DNA of 64,000 bases from an uncultured Desulfatitalea sp. (GCA_963668675.2 CAXXMB010000002.1:2726154-2790153); one strand, 5' to 3'; numbered from the stretch's first letter, positions 8,937 through 21,353 are shown. Numbers and translations: made by a program. Notes: generated by a model from the sequence alone, not told the origin.

Positions 8937-10646
8937 TTATTTATCCTCCGCCTCGTCACGCAGTTCCCGTCGGGATACCTTGCCCACGTCGGTCTTGGGC
9001 AGTTCTCCCCTGAATTCGATGATACCCGGTACTTTGTAGTGGGCCAGATTCTCCTTGCAGAATTCGATAATTTCCTCTTCGGAGAGTTTGCCGCGTGCTT
9101 CGCTCTGCAGCACCACGTAGGCTTTGATGATCTGTCCGACTTTGGGATCGGGCACCCCGACCACACCGGCCGCCTTGACCTGGGGATGCATGTAGAGCAC
9201 CTCTTCCACGTGGCGGGCAAAGACCGAGTAGCCTTTGTGCTTGATCAGATCGCGCTTGCGGTCGAAGAAGAAGAAGTAACCCTCTTCGTCCATGCGCACC
9301 AGGTCGCCGGTGCGCATCCAGCGCTTGCCGTCGATCTCGACAAAGGTCTCCTCGTCGGCGTCCGGCCGCTGCCAGTATCCTGCCATTACGTTGGGGCCAC
9401 TGAGAATCAACTCGCCCTCCTCGCCGATCGGTTTGAAATCGGTACTCTCCATGTCAATGACCGCCGCGTCGACACCGGTCATGGGCACGCCGAACGATCC
9501 GTGCTTGGGACGATCCTTGGGATTGCTGTGGCTGATGGAGGTGCACTCGGTCATGCCGAAGCCCTCCAGGATTTTGGTTCCGGTGCGCCGTTCCCACCCT
9601 TCGCAGGTGGTGTCGTGCAGTGTGTCGGCGCCGCAGACGATGATTTTGAGACGTTTCCAGTTCACCCGATCGGTCTTCTCGTGCTCCTTGAGATACTCAT
9701 AGAGCGTGGGTACGCCATAAAAGGCCGATGCCTGGTAGCGGTCCACGGCATTGAGAATTTCGTCCATGTCCGGCGTGGTGAACAGCACCAGGGTCTGGCC
9801 CTGGGTCAGGCCCGACAGCATTAACACGGCCTGGCCGTAGATGTGAAACAGCGGCAGAAAGGCGATGATGGTCTCTTTGCCCTCCTCAACGAACGGCCAC
9901 CACGCCTTTCCCATCGCATAGGCCGAGACCAGATTGTAGTGGGTGAGCATGGCCGCCTTGGGCAGGCCGGTCGTGCCGCCAGTGTAAGGCAGGGCGGCAA
10001 TGTCTTTTTTAGGATCGAATTTGATTTTGGGCGGTTGGGGCGGATGGGCATTGATAAACTCTTTGAAGACCAGCAGCCCCATGCGCTTGATCTCTTCGGG
10101 TGTCGGCGGTTTGAGATCCGCGTAAGCCTTACTGATCGCTTTTTTGGCAAAGGCCCGCTTGAGCAGGGGCAGAAAATCGCCGAGGTTGGAGAGGATGACG
10201 TTATCCAGGGAGACCCCCGCGCGCTCGATGTTGCTATAGAGCATATCTTCGCAAATCACCGTTTTGGCGCCGCTGTCTTCGAGCTGGTGACGCACCTCCT
10301 TGCTCGTATAGACCGGGCTGACCGGGGTCACTTTGGCCCCGGCTTTCAGGGCGCCGAAGTAGCTGATGATGAACTGGGGTGAATTGAGCAGGTAGATGGC
10401 CACCGTGTCGCCTTTTTTGACCCCCAGTTTGGCTAGGCCAGTGGCGCATTTGTCGATCAGTTCGATCAGCTCCTTATAACTGATCTTCTTCCCATAAAAG
10501 ATCAGGGCGGTTTTTTTCTTGTACTTCTCCGCGGTCTGGTCCAAGAGCTCCGGCACTGCGAGCTCGGGCGTCTTGACGGTCGGGGGGACATCATCCGGAT
10601 AAAATTTAAGCCATGGTTTGCTGGTGTAGAGTTCTTTTAAATCCAT
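8937..10646 (-). CDS. AMP-dependent acyl-CoA synthetase / long-chain-fatty-acid--CoA ligase family
   Basis: AMP-binding motif LPYTGGTTGLPKAAMLTH, TGDLVRMDEEGYFFFFDRKRDLIKHKGY, C-terminal LPKTDVGKVSRREL. AGGAGGAAG RBS. Confidence 0.9.
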   Translation of the reverse strand: MDLKELYTSKPWLKFYPDDVPPTVKTPELAVPELLDQTAEKYKKKTALIFYGKKISYKELIELIDKCATGLAKLGVKKGDTVAIYLLNSPQFIISYFGALKAGAKVTPVSPVYTSKEVRHQLEDSGAKTVICEDMLYSNIERAGVSLDNVILSNLGDFLPLLKRAFAKKAISKAYADLKPPTPEEIKRMGLLVFKEFINAHPPQPPKIKFDPKKDIAALPYTGGTTGLPKAAMLTHYNLVSAYAMGKAWWPFVEEGKETIIAFLPLFHIYGQAVLMLSGLTQGQTLVLFTTPDMDEILNAVDRYQASAFYGVPTLYEYLKEHEKTDRVNWKRLKIIVCGADTLHDTTCEGWERRTGTKILEGFGMTECTSISHSNPKDRPKHGSFGVPMTGVDAAVIDMESTDFKPIGEEGELILSGPNVMAGYWQRPDADEETFVEIDGKRWMRTGDLVRMDEEGYFFFFDRKRDLIKHKGYSVFARHVEEVLYMHPQVKAAGVVGVPDPKVGQIIKAYVVLQSEARGKLSEEEIIEFCKENLAHYKVPGIIEFRGELPKTDVGKVSRRELRDEAEDK

Positions 10647-10767
10647 CTTCCGATCTTCCTCCTGGTTATGGCCTGATCACACGCTTGCGGATCTGTTATC
10701 TCTCTTCATTCGCAAATGGCGCCCGTATTTCACTGAACCATTGAGGGACACCACTTGCGCATGAGCA

Positions 10768-11808
10768 CTAGTGCATCTCCGCAGCACAGACGCGACATGT
10801 CTTTCGGGTCGCGATGTTGCGGATTTTGCAGCGTGGGCATTCATTTTCAATTTTACTGCGGATCCAAGGAAGTAAGCCGCCCGGCATGTACAGCAGGATG
10901 ACCATTACGACGATGGCGAACATCAGTTGCCGCAACTCGGGCCACATCCGAAAGAACTCCAGCAGGGGGAACAGGATGAAGACGGCGCCCACCGGTCCCC
11001 AGATGGTGACCATGCCGCCGAACACGCTCCAGATGACCACCTGGAACGACATGGAGATCTCCAGTGTGGACGGTCCTGCAATGCGCATGAAATGCGCATA
11101 GAGCCCGCCGGACAGACCTGCAAAGAATCCGCTGAGACTAAAGGCGATCAATTTGAATTTGATGGTATTGATGCCGGCCGCTTTGACGGCCAGTTCGTCT
11201 TCACGTATGGCGTGGAAGATGATGCCGATTTTGGAGTCGGTGATTTTCCACATGATGGTGACGAGCACCAGCATGGTGATGACGACGATATAGTAGTTGG
11301 CCACCCGCGATCGCGCCAGACGGCTCAAACCGGATAACCCCAGCTCGCCGCCAGTTAGATCCGGCACGGCAAAGACAAGCCCCAGTAAGATGATGGGGAA
11401 GGCCAGGGTGGTGAGGGCCAGGTAGGTCCCGCGCAGCCGCAGGCAGGGGATGCCCACCGACAACCCTGCAAGCACGGCGATAAGGGCCCCCGAAGGAATG
11501 CTGGCCCACGGCGGGAAACCGGCCCTGAGGTTGAGGATGGCGGCGCCGTAAGCGCCGACCCCGAAGAACAGGGCGTGGCCGAAGTTGATCTGACCGGTGA
11601 AGCCGGAGAGCAGGTCCCAGCTGGCCGCAAAGATGGCGAAGATGCTCGCCAGAATCATGATCCGCATGACATAAGGATCGCTGATGAGATACGGCAGCAG
11701 CATCAGCGTCAGAAAAAACAGAAACACGACAATCCGGCTGGGAAGGACAAATACTTCGTTTTTCAGAATTAATACAAATTTTCGCAAATAGTAGCGCAAC
11801 AGATTCAT
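10768..11808 (-). CDS. livM: Branched-chain amino acid-type ABC transporter permease (LivM-like) with a CxxC..CxxC C-terminal tail
   Basis: Multi-TM, typical LivM block GQINFGHALFFGVGAYGAA. Start at ATG 11808, 2 nt after the livH stop. Tail is ENECPRCKIRNIATRKTCRVCAAEMH. Confidence 0.85.
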   Translation of the reverse strand: MNLLRYYLRKFVLILKNEVFVLPSRIVVFLFFLTLMLLPYLISDPYVMRIMILASIFAIFAASWDLLSGFTGQINFGHALFFGVGAYGAAILNLRAGFPPWASIPSGALIAVLAGLSVGIPCLRLRGTYLALTTLAFPIILLGLVFAVPDLTGGELGLSGLSRLARSRVANYYIVVITMLVLVTIMWKITDSKIGIIFHAIREDELAVKAAGINTIKFKLIAFSLSGFFAGLSGGLYAHFMRIAGPSTLEISMSFQVVIWSVFGGMVTIWGPVGAVFILFPLLEFFRMWPELRQLMFAIVVMVILLYMPGGLLPWIRSKIENECPRCKIRNIATRKTCRVCAAEMH

Positions 11809-11810
11809 GT

Positions 11811-12680
11811 CTATCCCTCTTCTTCGAATTGAACACCGAAAAGGCCTGCCGGCCGGACTACGAGAACGAGAATCATGATGGAAAGAGCCACCGCTCCTTT
11901 GAGAAATGCTCCTGACGGAAGTAAAAAGACCACCATCGCTTCGGCAAAACCCAATATGAAGGCCGCATAGAAGCTGCCTTTGATGCTCCCCATACCGCCG
12001 AGCACCACCACGGCCATCATCATGATCAGGGGATGGCTCCACATGAAGGGCTCTATCGTGGTGAGCGGAACGATGATGGCCCCTGTGGCGCCGGCCAATC
12101 CCACGGAGATCACCACCGCCATCATGGCCACCCGGCTCTCGTTCATCCCCATGAGGTTGGCCACCTCACGGTCCTGGGCCGTTGCCCGGATGGCCAGGCC
12201 CAGTTTGGTATGCATGAGAAACAGCCGCATGGCCCCAAGTACGACCAGCACCGACGCAAAGGTGATCAGCTGCTGATAGAAAACCTTGACGCCCAAGATC
12301 GTTGCATAACCTTTGATCAGGGCCGGTACGCTGAGGTAATCGCCGGAGAAGATCAGCAGCATGATCTCCTGCAGGGCGATGGCCAGGGCGATGGTGCCGA
12401 TCAGTACGGCCTGTTCGTGCTCGCGGATGGGGGCGATGAACACCTTAAAAACGATGTAGCCGAGGATCGATACCAGGATGACCCCGGTGAGCATGGCCGC
12501 CACCGAGTTGAACCCCAGGCGGTAGGTCGTGAAGTAGATACAGTAGGCCGCCACCATGTAAAACGCCGTATGGGCGATGTTGACGATTCGGGCGACACCG
12601 AAAATAAGAGAGAAACCGATCGCAAGCAGCGCATAGGTGCTCCCGTTGATCAGGCTGGTGATCAAGATATCGATTAACAT
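11811..12680 (-). CDS. livH: Branched-chain amino acid-type ABC transporter permease (LivH-like)
   Basis: Multi-TM, N-terminus LINGSTYALLAIGFSLIFGVARIVNIAH typical of LivH. GAGGTG RBS. Confidence 0.9.
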   Translation of the reverse strand: MLIDILITSLINGSTYALLAIGFSLIFGVARIVNIAHTAFYMVAAYCIYFTTYRLGFNSVAAMLTGVILVSILGYIVFKVFIAPIREHEQAVLIGTIALAIALQEIMLLIFSGDYLSVPALIKGYATILGVKVFYQQLITFASVLVVLGAMRLFLMHTKLGLAIRATAQDREVANLMGMNESRVAMMAVVISVGLAGATGAIIVPLTTIEPFMWSHPLIMMMAVVVLGGMGSIKGSFYAAFILGFAEAMVVFLLPSGAFLKGAVALSIMILVLVVRPAGLFGVQFEEEG

Positions 12681-12765
12681 AACACCTCACCGCATTACCT
12701 GGGCAAGCGCCCCTGGCGGCAATGCCGTCAGGGGCGCTTGCGTCTGTTCTATGTTTGCGTCGTGG

Positions 12766-14082
12766 CTATTTTTTGTAGGCTTTGATGACCCAGGGCGGAA
12801 TTTTGTAATCGACGACGCCCTTGTAGGTGATTTCAGGAGCGCCTTCGGCGGCCACCCAATGGTTGGGCCACACGGCCACCATTTTGCCGTCGATCCACTG
12901 GCCGGCCATGCTGGTCAGATAGCCCGGGCCCCAGGTGAGGTCATGCAGGTGGCGTCCCTCTTTGTCTTTCATGTATTTGACTAACCCACCGGGAGTCTTG
13001 TGAACCGAGTCCTCGATCGCGCTGACCAGTTTGTCCTGGTCGAGGCTGCCCACCTCTTCGATGGTCTGAACGAGTGTGTATTTGATGGCCGAGTAGGTAT
13101 CCGCGGTGTAGGTCGGGGTCTCTTCGAACTTTTCAACGTAGGTGTCGATGAACGGTGTGGTGAGTTCGTTGTATTCCGCCCCACGGATGTAAGTGTTGAT
13201 GGTGACGATATATTCTCCCATGCCTTGGGTGGCCTGCCAGAAGCCGTCCTTTTGGCCTTCCACGTTTATGCCAACCTGCACGGCTGGGATTTTCAGCTCA
13301 CCGCCCTGGCGGGCGAAGGGAATGCCCACGGACGAGGAGAAGATGGTGAAGATCAAATTCGCGCCGGTGCGCTGGATGGCAGAGAGTTCAGCCGTCACAT
13401 CAGTAGCCACTGGAGACGGACGCCAAACGCCCACGGGTTCCATCCCGACTTTCGGGAGAAAATCTTCGGCGGCCTTTACCATGGGATCGGCCCACATGGC
13501 TTTTTCGGCCACGATGGCGACCTTGACTTTGTCGAGGCCCAACTCTTCTTTAAGAATTTTGCCGATGTACATTACGTGGATGAAACTGGTTTTGACGAGA
13601 AAGAACGAATTGAACGGCGTTCCACGGAAGAAATACTTGTAGGTATCATAGTCCTTGGCGACCCGTTCGCACAGCTCCGGATGGGCTGCGCCGCAACCGA
13701 TGAAGATCTTCTGATACTCCATGGCGATGTCCTGCATGGCTAGCACCGCTTCCGAGCGGAAACCGCCAACTACAAAGTCGACCTTGTTGCGTGTCATGAG
13801 CAGTTCCATGGCATTGGTGGCGTCGGCGATGTTGAGGAACTCGTTGGAGTCGGCTTTGACCAGTTCGATCTTCATCATCTTCTTGCCGACTTTGACACCG
13901 CCCTTTGCGTTGATTTCCTCTGCCGCCATGGTGGCGCCGTTCCAGTGTCCCTTGCCCTGTAAAAACTGCATCGGGCCGATGACACCGATTTTGATGGTGT
14001 CCGCCGCCCATGCCGGGGTGCCGAACGACAAGGCCACTGCCCCCATCAGCAATACGATCATAAGAAGTCTAACGTTTTTCAT
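12766..14082 (-). CDS. ABC transporter periplasmic substrate-binding protein (LivK / Peripla_BP_6-like)
   Basis: Signal peptide MKNVRLLMIVLLMGAVALSFGTPAWA, then IKIGVIGPMQFLQGKG. ATG 14082 preceded by AAAGGAG. First gene of the liv-type operon. Confidence 0.85.
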   Translation of the reverse strand: MKNVRLLMIVLLMGAVALSFGTPAWAADTIKIGVIGPMQFLQGKGHWNGATMAAEEINAKGGVKVGKKMMKIELVKADSNEFLNIADATNAMELLMTRNKVDFVVGGFRSEAVLAMQDIAMEYQKIFIGCGAAHPELCERVAKDYDTYKYFFRGTPFNSFFLVKTSFIHVMYIGKILKEELGLDKVKVAIVAEKAMWADPMVKAAEDFLPKVGMEPVGVWRPSPVATDVTAELSAIQRTGANLIFTIFSSSVGIPFARQGGELKIPAVQVGINVEGQKDGFWQATQGMGEYIVTINTYIRGAEYNELTTPFIDTYVEKFEETPTYTADTYSAIKYTLVQTIEEVGSLDQDKLVSAIEDSVHKTPGGLVKYMKDKEGRHLHDLTWGPGYLTSMAGQWIDGKMVAVWPNHWVAAEGAPEITYKGVVDYKIPPWVIKAYKK

Positions 14083-14661
14083 TGGGTCACTCCTTTCCCG
14101 GTTATTGGCACTCACTGCAATACGCTCGGCAGGCAGATGGATCCTGTCGAGATGGTTCGCCAGGTTTCCAGCAATGCCGGAAGTGGAAAATGGGATTGGT
14201 TAAATTTAAGCGGGGTATCAGGAGCCGGCTGGTGTAAAGTTGCCTGTGGTGTAAAAACCAAGAGTGTTCGATCTGTCTCAACGAGTCGCCCAAGGTAATC
14301 GTCCTTTTTCCGCGCTGTTGTGTGCTGCCGGCATGGACTGGTGGCCATGTCAGCCTTAGTAGACCGATAAGAATGTGAATTGGGTTCAATAAGTTTTAAG
14401 TACGTCATTCCCTTTTGATTTGTCAATAGTCTGATCAAGCGGGCCAAGGTTTTACGGTTGCATGGACTGTGGGAATATGTTTCATATCCAGATTTTTGTC
14501 CTGTTTTGCTACAGTTACCTGTCTTGTCGAAGTGGAGCGGATCTCCCCCTTTATCCTTGTGAAAACCTCGAAGCGCCTCTAAAATGTACAGATTCGTTTC
14601 CATGGGGTTGACGATAGCCACCCCTGTCAGCCGGTTGGTACATCAAATTTCGGAGGATTTC

Positions 14662-15486
14662 ATGACCCTGATCAGCGTGAACGAGGAGTGCTGCAAGCGA
14701 GACGGCATCTGTGCAGAGGTGTGTCCGGCAGCGATCATCGAATTCAAGGATAAAGAGGCCTTCCCGACCATGGTCGATGGTGGTGAGGAGGTGTGCATCC
14801 GGTGTGGACACTGCGTGGCGGTTTGCCCCCACGGGGCATTGAGCCATGCGGATATGAAGACGGAAGAGTGCCCGCTCATCCGAAAAGAGATGATGATCTC
14901 GGCCGAGCAGGCCGAGCAGTTTTTGCGCCAACGCAGATCCATCCGGACTTACAAGGAGCGCAGGGTCGAGCGCGACCAACTGGAGCGGCTCATCCGGATC
15001 GCCCGCTATGCACCCTCGGGCCACAACACGCAACCCGTCGAGTGGATGGTCATCTACGAAAAAGAGGAGGTGCACCGGCTCGCCGGCATGGTGATCGACT
15101 GGATGCGAACGCTCATCGACGAGGCATCGCCCCTGGTCGAGATGCTTCATCTGGATCGGGTGGTGGAAAGCTGGGAGGCCGGCACGGAAAGGATTTTCAG
15201 AGGCGCCCCGCACCTGATCCTCACCCATGCGCACGAGGAGAACCGCACCGCCCAGAGCGGGTGTACCATTGCTTTGACCTATCTCGAACTGATGGCCACC
15301 GGCATGGGGTTGGGCGCCTGCTGGGCCGGGTACTTCACCGCTGCGGCGCTTTTCTGGCCGCCCGTCATGAAGGCCCTTAATTTGCCAGAGGGCCATGTGG
15401 TTTACGGCGCGCTGATGATCGGCTATCCCAAACACCGCTACCACCGGATGCCGTTACGCAACGAGCCCGGCATCACCTGGCGTTAG
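14662..15486 (+). CDS. Nitroreductase-family protein with N-terminal 4Fe-4S ferredoxin domain
   Basis: CKRDGICAEVCP and CIRCGHCVAVCP cluster motifs, then RRSIRTYKE..ARYAPSGHNTQP. ATG 14662 preceded by GGAGG. Confidence 0.8.
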   Translation: MTLISVNEECCKRDGICAEVCPAAIIEFKDKEAFPTMVDGGEEVCIRCGHCVAVCPHGALSHADMKTEECPLIRKEMMISAEQAEQFLRQRRSIRTYKERRVERDQLERLIRIARYAPSGHNTQPVEWMVIYEKEEVHRLAGMVIDWMRTLIDEASPLVEMLHLDRVVESWEAGTERIFRGAPHLILTHAHEENRTAQSGCTIALTYLELMATGMGLGACWAGYFTAAALFWPPVMKALNLPEGHVVYGALMIGYPKHRYHRMPLRNEPGITWR

Positions 15487-15511
15487 GGTGGACGGGCAAG
15501 GAGGCTACACC

Positions 15512-17524
<2,013 letters not shown>

Positions 17525-17583
17525 GCCCTCCGGCCGTTTTCAACGATAGGGTAAACCCCAAACTTCGCTTTTCCCGGAGGCGT

Positions 17584-18510
17584 TTACACAATCCAGAGTG
17601 CATGATCGGTGAGGCGGTCGATCAGATAGCGGGAGGTGCTGCCGTAGAAAAAGGAGCGGCCGCTGCCGCTTCGGCCGATGACAACCGTCTCGTAACCGCC
17701 GCTCTCGGCTTTTTTGGTGATCATTTTTCCAACTTTGGCTGTTTTTGTTTTAACGAGCACCTCTATCTGGTCGTTGGTTAGGCCCGCCGAAACCATCTCC
17801 TCGATCGCTTCGGTCCGAAAACGCGCGATCATCTCCTCTTCATGGCGCGAGAGCATCGCTGCCATGTCGTAGGTTTCAGGGCTGACGGCACCCAAGTGGT
17901 CCGCCCAGTTCTCCTGGCGAATGTGGAAAAAGGTCAGATGCAGATGGGTCATTCCGGCCAACAGGCGACCTAACCGGCTGAGCATATCCGACCAGGAGGC
18001 CATCACGTCTACTCCAATGAGCAAGCGCTTGGGTTTGACCTCACCGTCCACGATCCACAAGGTTTGCTTTTCGCTATACTCCACCAGTTTGCTGCTCGCA
18101 CTGCCCATGAAGAGTTTTTGTGCCCGGGTCAATCCCCTGCGGCCGGCAACAATGGCGTCATAGCCATATTTCAGCCCATATTCGAGAATGTCTTTGGCAA
18201 GGCCCAATGTCCGTTCATGGCTTACGATATCGATGTCGGCTTCGGCGATGCCTTGCCGCAGCAACTGCTCCTTGCTTTTGTTCAGCATCTGATCCGAATC
18301 GGAATGGTGCTTTTCGTGCAGCTTTTTCAATGACAGCCGCACACCCTCATCTCTCTTGGCTTCATCGACCAGATACTGCGACATGATGGGGTGAACGTTG
18401 ATCAGCGTGCATTGGCAATCGGCCCCGCCTTTCGCATAGGAGGCGGCGTAATTCAGTGCACGCTTCGCATGTATGGAGCCATCTGTTGCGATCAGTAATT
18501 TTTTCTTCAT
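17584..18510 (-). CDS. Universal stress protein, tandem USP domains
   Basis: LLIATDGSIHAKRAL.. and C-terminal VVIGRSGSGRSFFYGSTSRYL. ATG 18510 preceded by GGAAGGAAAG. Confidence 0.8.
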   Translation of the reverse strand: MKKKLLIATDGSIHAKRALNYAASYAKGGADCQCTLINVHPIMSQYLVDEAKRDEGVRLSLKKLHEKHHSDSDQMLNKSKEQLLRQGIAEADIDIVSHERTLGLAKDILEYGLKYGYDAIVAGRRGLTRAQKLFMGSASSKLVEYSEKQTLWIVDGEVKPKRLLIGVDVMASWSDMLSRLGRLLAGMTHLHLTFFHIRQENWADHLGAVSPETYDMAAMLSRHEEEMIARFRTEAIEEMVSAGLTNDQIEVLVKTKTAKVGKMITKKAESGGYETVVIGRSGSGRSFFYGSTSRYLIDRLTDHALWIV

Positions 18511-18815
18511 GGCGGCTTTCCTTCCTCTTGAGGCCATCTCATCCTCGTCAATAGTGCTGTATCGACAGTTGAACTCATCTAATGGGATGAGCAGAAAACA
18601 TGCCAGCGCGAGAGGCGGAATATGCGGCGGTTTGATTCCGTAAGTCGGGGGAGCGACATCTGCTAACAGATTGATATTGAGATGATTTGCAGGGACTGGG
18701 TCCTCTTTTTATAGAATGGACGGCGGCGCTTGGCCGGATCGTTGAACGTTGGCACGTTGTTGGCTTCTTTTACAGGGTGTAAAGCCGTTGAAAGAAGGCC
18801 CCCTCTGTTTCCAGC

Positions 18816-18842
18816 TATAGTTTCGAAAACAGATGCCGATAT
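18816..18842 (+). promoter_or_regulatory. Candidate sigma-28 (FliA)-type promoter for the MCP gene
   Basis: TATA-N15-GCCGATAT versus consensus TAAA-N15-GCCGATAA. Lies about 70 nt upstream of the MCP ATG. Confidence 0.45.
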
Positions 18843-18912
18843 TCAAGTTGATCGGCAATCGTCGGTTCCCAAAAAAAAACTGGAAATGAGCTGAGAAAGG
18901 GTGGAAGCCAAA

Positions 18913-20847
18913 ATGAGAGCTTGGAAGCTAAATCGACAATTGGCATTCGGATTTGCGCTGGTCCTGTTTTTTACCGGTATCGTCGGATTGGCGGGTTTGA
19001 TATCCCTGCGAAATGTTTCGAAAGTGATGGATACATACCGCCAGGTCAATAAGGCACAAAGCGACTTCAGCGGCGCCGAACAGCACATTGCGCAATTTTT
19101 GCTGAACAGCCACGCGCAGGGACGAGAAGAACAGGCCGAGGCCGGCAAGGCGGCCACCGGGAAAATGGCCGGCATCATAGAAGGAATCAAAGCCGCTGAA
19201 GCGCAAGCCGATCTTGCCGAAGCGGCCAGAGAGAGCCTGAAAGCCCTTTTGGACAGCTATCTTGATTTTCAGAACAGCTTTGCCCGTTTTGCCGAATTTG
19301 AAAGTGCCAAAATTGTCGAAGAACAAAAAACCGTTGCATTGCTAGAGACGTATGACGAATTGATCAAGAAAGGCGTATTCCGAACCGACGAGATGCTGGT
19401 GGCGAAAGGTTTTATTCAATCCAGTGCCTTCGGCTATTTCGAGCGCCCCACAGCGCAACGCAAGGCAGAGATAGACGCACATCAAGCAAAGTTTTCGCAA
19501 GCGATGGCCAAATGGAACACCCTCATCGAAAACAGCGACGATCTTCTCAAAGTTCATGCCCAGATCAAAACACGATTCGAACAGATCGGCCAATCCTTGC
19601 AAAAGCACTACGACCAGGTTCTCAGCCAGCAAGAGATGCAGCTGAAGATGCACGCCGCCGAGAACAGCATCAGCCAAATGACCGCTGGACTCATCGGAAA
19701 GGCGACCGAAAAATTGGAAGAGGTCCAATCCGTTTCTTTGTCGATTATCGGAATAGCCGTCCTGGCCGCCGTGCTGATGGGCGCCCTGTTTGCCTGGTTG
19801 ACAGCAAGATCGATCACCGGCCCCATTAAACAGGTGACCGCCGGCCTTCAGGATGTGGCCGAGGGCGAGGGGGATCTGACCAAGCGGCTAAACCTCGACT
19901 ACAAAAACGAGGTGGGTGAACTGGCCAACTGGTTCAATGTTTTTATGGATAAGCTGAACCGGATGATTCGTGAGATCGCCGGTAACGCATCCCAACTGGA
20001 CCAATCTTCCACCCAACTGTTACAGCTGTCGGCCAGCATGTCCGAAGCGGCCGGAAATATGTCCGGACGTGCGTCTTCGGTGGCCGGCGCCACCGAAGAG
20101 ATGAGCACCACCATGACATCGGTGGCGGCTTCGAGCGAACAAGCCTCGACCAGTGCCAACCTGGTGGCCGCGGCCGTAGAAGAGATGAATGCCTCGGTGA
20201 GCGAAATTGCGTCCAACTCCGAGAAAGCCAGGAGTGTTACCGAAACGGCCGTGGCCAAAACCAACACCACCTCGGAGCGGGTTCACCAGCTGGGCGCTGC
20301 AGCTGAGGCGATCAGCAAGGTAACAGAGGTGATTACCGAAATATCGGAACAGACCAACCTGTTGGCCCTCAATGCCACCATCGAGGCGGCCCGGGCCGGC
20401 GAAGCCGGTAAGGGGTTTGCCGTAGTGGCCAACGAGATCAAAGAGCTGGCTGCCCAAACCTCCCAGGCTACCCAGGATATCAAAGCCAAAATCAGCGACA
20501 TTCAAAACTCGACCGGTTTGACCGTCTCTGAAATCGGCGAGATCTCCGAGGTGATCAACCACGTCAACGAAACCGTGGCCATCATCGCCTCTGCCGTCGA
20601 AGAGCAGGCGGTCACCACCCGCGATATTGCCGACAACATCAGCCAGACCTCTCTCGGCATTCAGGAGGTGAACACCAACGTGGCCCAGAGCTCAGCAGTA
20701 TCGGCGGATATCGCCGAAGAGGTGGGCAAGGTGAACAGCGACGCCGGAGACATATCCAACAGCAGCGCCACAGTTAAGCTGAACGCCGAAGAGCTCTCCA
20801 GCCTCTCCGAGCAACTCAGTGGCGTGGTGGGGCGGTTCAAATACTAA
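18913..20847 (+). CDS. Methyl-accepting chemotaxis protein (helical sensor domain, HAMP, MA domain)
   Basis: TM, HAMP ([26 protein letters not shown]), and the highly conserved signalling hairpin [35 protein letters not shown]. Confidence 0.9.
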   Translation: MRAWKLNRQLAFGFALVLFFTGIVGLAGLISLRNVSKVMDTYRQVNKAQSDFSGAEQHIAQFLLNSHAQGREEQAEAGKAATGKMAGIIEGIKAAEAQADLAEAARESLKALLDSYLDFQNSFARFAEFESAKIVEEQKTVALLETYDELIKKGVFRTDEMLVAKGFIQSSAFGYFERPTAQRKAEIDAHQAKFSQAMAKWNTLIENSDDLLKVHAQIKTRFEQIGQSLQKHYDQVLSQQEMQLKMHAAENSISQMTAGLIGKATEKLEEVQSVSLSIIGIAVLAAVLMGALFAWLTARSITGPIKQVTAGLQDVAEGEGDLTKRLNLDYKNEVGELANWFNVFMDKLNRMIREIAGNASQLDQSSTQLLQLSASMSEAAGNMSGRASSVAGATEEMSTTMTSVAASSEQASTSANLVAAAVEEMNASVSEIASNSEKARSVTETAVAKTNTTSERVHQLGAAAEAISKVTEVITEISEQTNLLALNATIEAARAGEAGKGFAVVANEIKELAAQTSQATQDIKAKISDIQNSTGLTVSEIGEISEVINHVNETVAIIASAVEEQAVTTRDIADNISQTSLGIQEVNTNVAQSSAVSADIAEEVGKVNSDAGDISNSSATVKLNAEELSSLSEQLSGVVGRFKY

Positions 20848-20874
20848 CTCATTGAAAAAATGAGGAGCACATCC

Positions 20875-20900
20875 AACGCCGGCGAGTTACCGTCGGCGTT
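20875..20900 (+). terminator. Stem-loop downstream of the MCP gene
   Basis: AACGCCGGCG-AGTTAC-CGTCGGCGTT, a 10-bp stem with one G-U pair. No clear U-tract. Confidence 0.35.
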
Positions 20901-21111
20901 GTGCCTCAATGACTTTATCCCTCCCCTTGCAAGGGGCTTGTACCGGTCGGATCTTTCCGGCTTTTCTCAATTGGGACAGGCTTTCATTTTATTGCCGGTA
21001 TCAACGATATCGATCTCTTTTCTTTCCTTTTTCTATCCGTTTGCTACGAATAAATGGTGGTGCCATTTGAGCATACGGCTGTCACCGCTATGAGGAATTG
21101 AGGGTTTTTTA

Positions 21112-21140
21112 TTGACACAGCATATGCTGAGCGGCATATT
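21112..21140 (+). promoter_or_regulatory. Candidate sigma-70-type promoter upstream of the alcohol dehydrogenase gene
   Basis: TTGACA-N17-CATATT, about 210 nt upstream of the ATG. Confidence 0.25.
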
Positions 21141-21353
21141 TATGCGTTTATTGATGGTCATGTGTGAGCAGACCGGTCATCAATCTTAGATGTGGGTTTA
21201 TCAGGTGGCGTCGCGCAATCCTGCGCATTTCGCTTTCTCGTTGGTTGAACATTTTGGGTGACATCGACTCGATCCCCGCTTCAAAGGGAGTGGTTGAATA
21301 CGCCCCAGAAAACAGACAACTTGAACTTTATTAAACGGATATAGGGGGTCATC

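Noticed and set aside
8936-9220. N-terminal 95-codon extension of the LivG ORF
   Set aside because: It overlaps the 3-prime end of the ligase gene and is Arg/Ser/Pro-rich. The canonical LivG N-terminus (MAVPMLEVANL) begins at ATG 8935.
8682-9824. 380-aa plus-strand ORF across livG and the acyl-CoA ligase; similar long shadow ORFs at 39140..40192, 45339..46367, 55607..56575, 48121..48927 and 5023..5856
   Set aside because: All lie antisense to genes with strong motif support. They have skewed Arg/Gly/His composition and lack RBSs.
11809-12042. N-terminal 78-codon extension of the LivM ORF
   Set aside because: It overlaps livH and is non-membrane, Arg/Gly-rich. ATG 11808 gives the expected tight livH-livM coupling.
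14106-14119. TGGCAC..TGCA sigma-54-like sequence near the livK start
   Set aside because: The GG-to-GC spacing is two nt too short. The element also points away from livK on the plus strand, about 550 nt from the next plus-strand gene.
14551-15444. 297-aa ORF antisense to the ferredoxin-nitroreductase gene
   Set aside because: Arg/Gly/His/Pro-rich low-complexity translation and no RBS. The opposite strand has clear Fe-S and nitroreductase motifs. This is a typical shadow ORF in GC-rich DNA.
20860-21093. 77-aa ORF in the 506-bp MCP-adh intergenic region
   Set aside because: No RBS and an odd composition. It overlaps the MCP terminator hairpin, so it is probably non-coding. The spacer may hold the adh promoter and leader.
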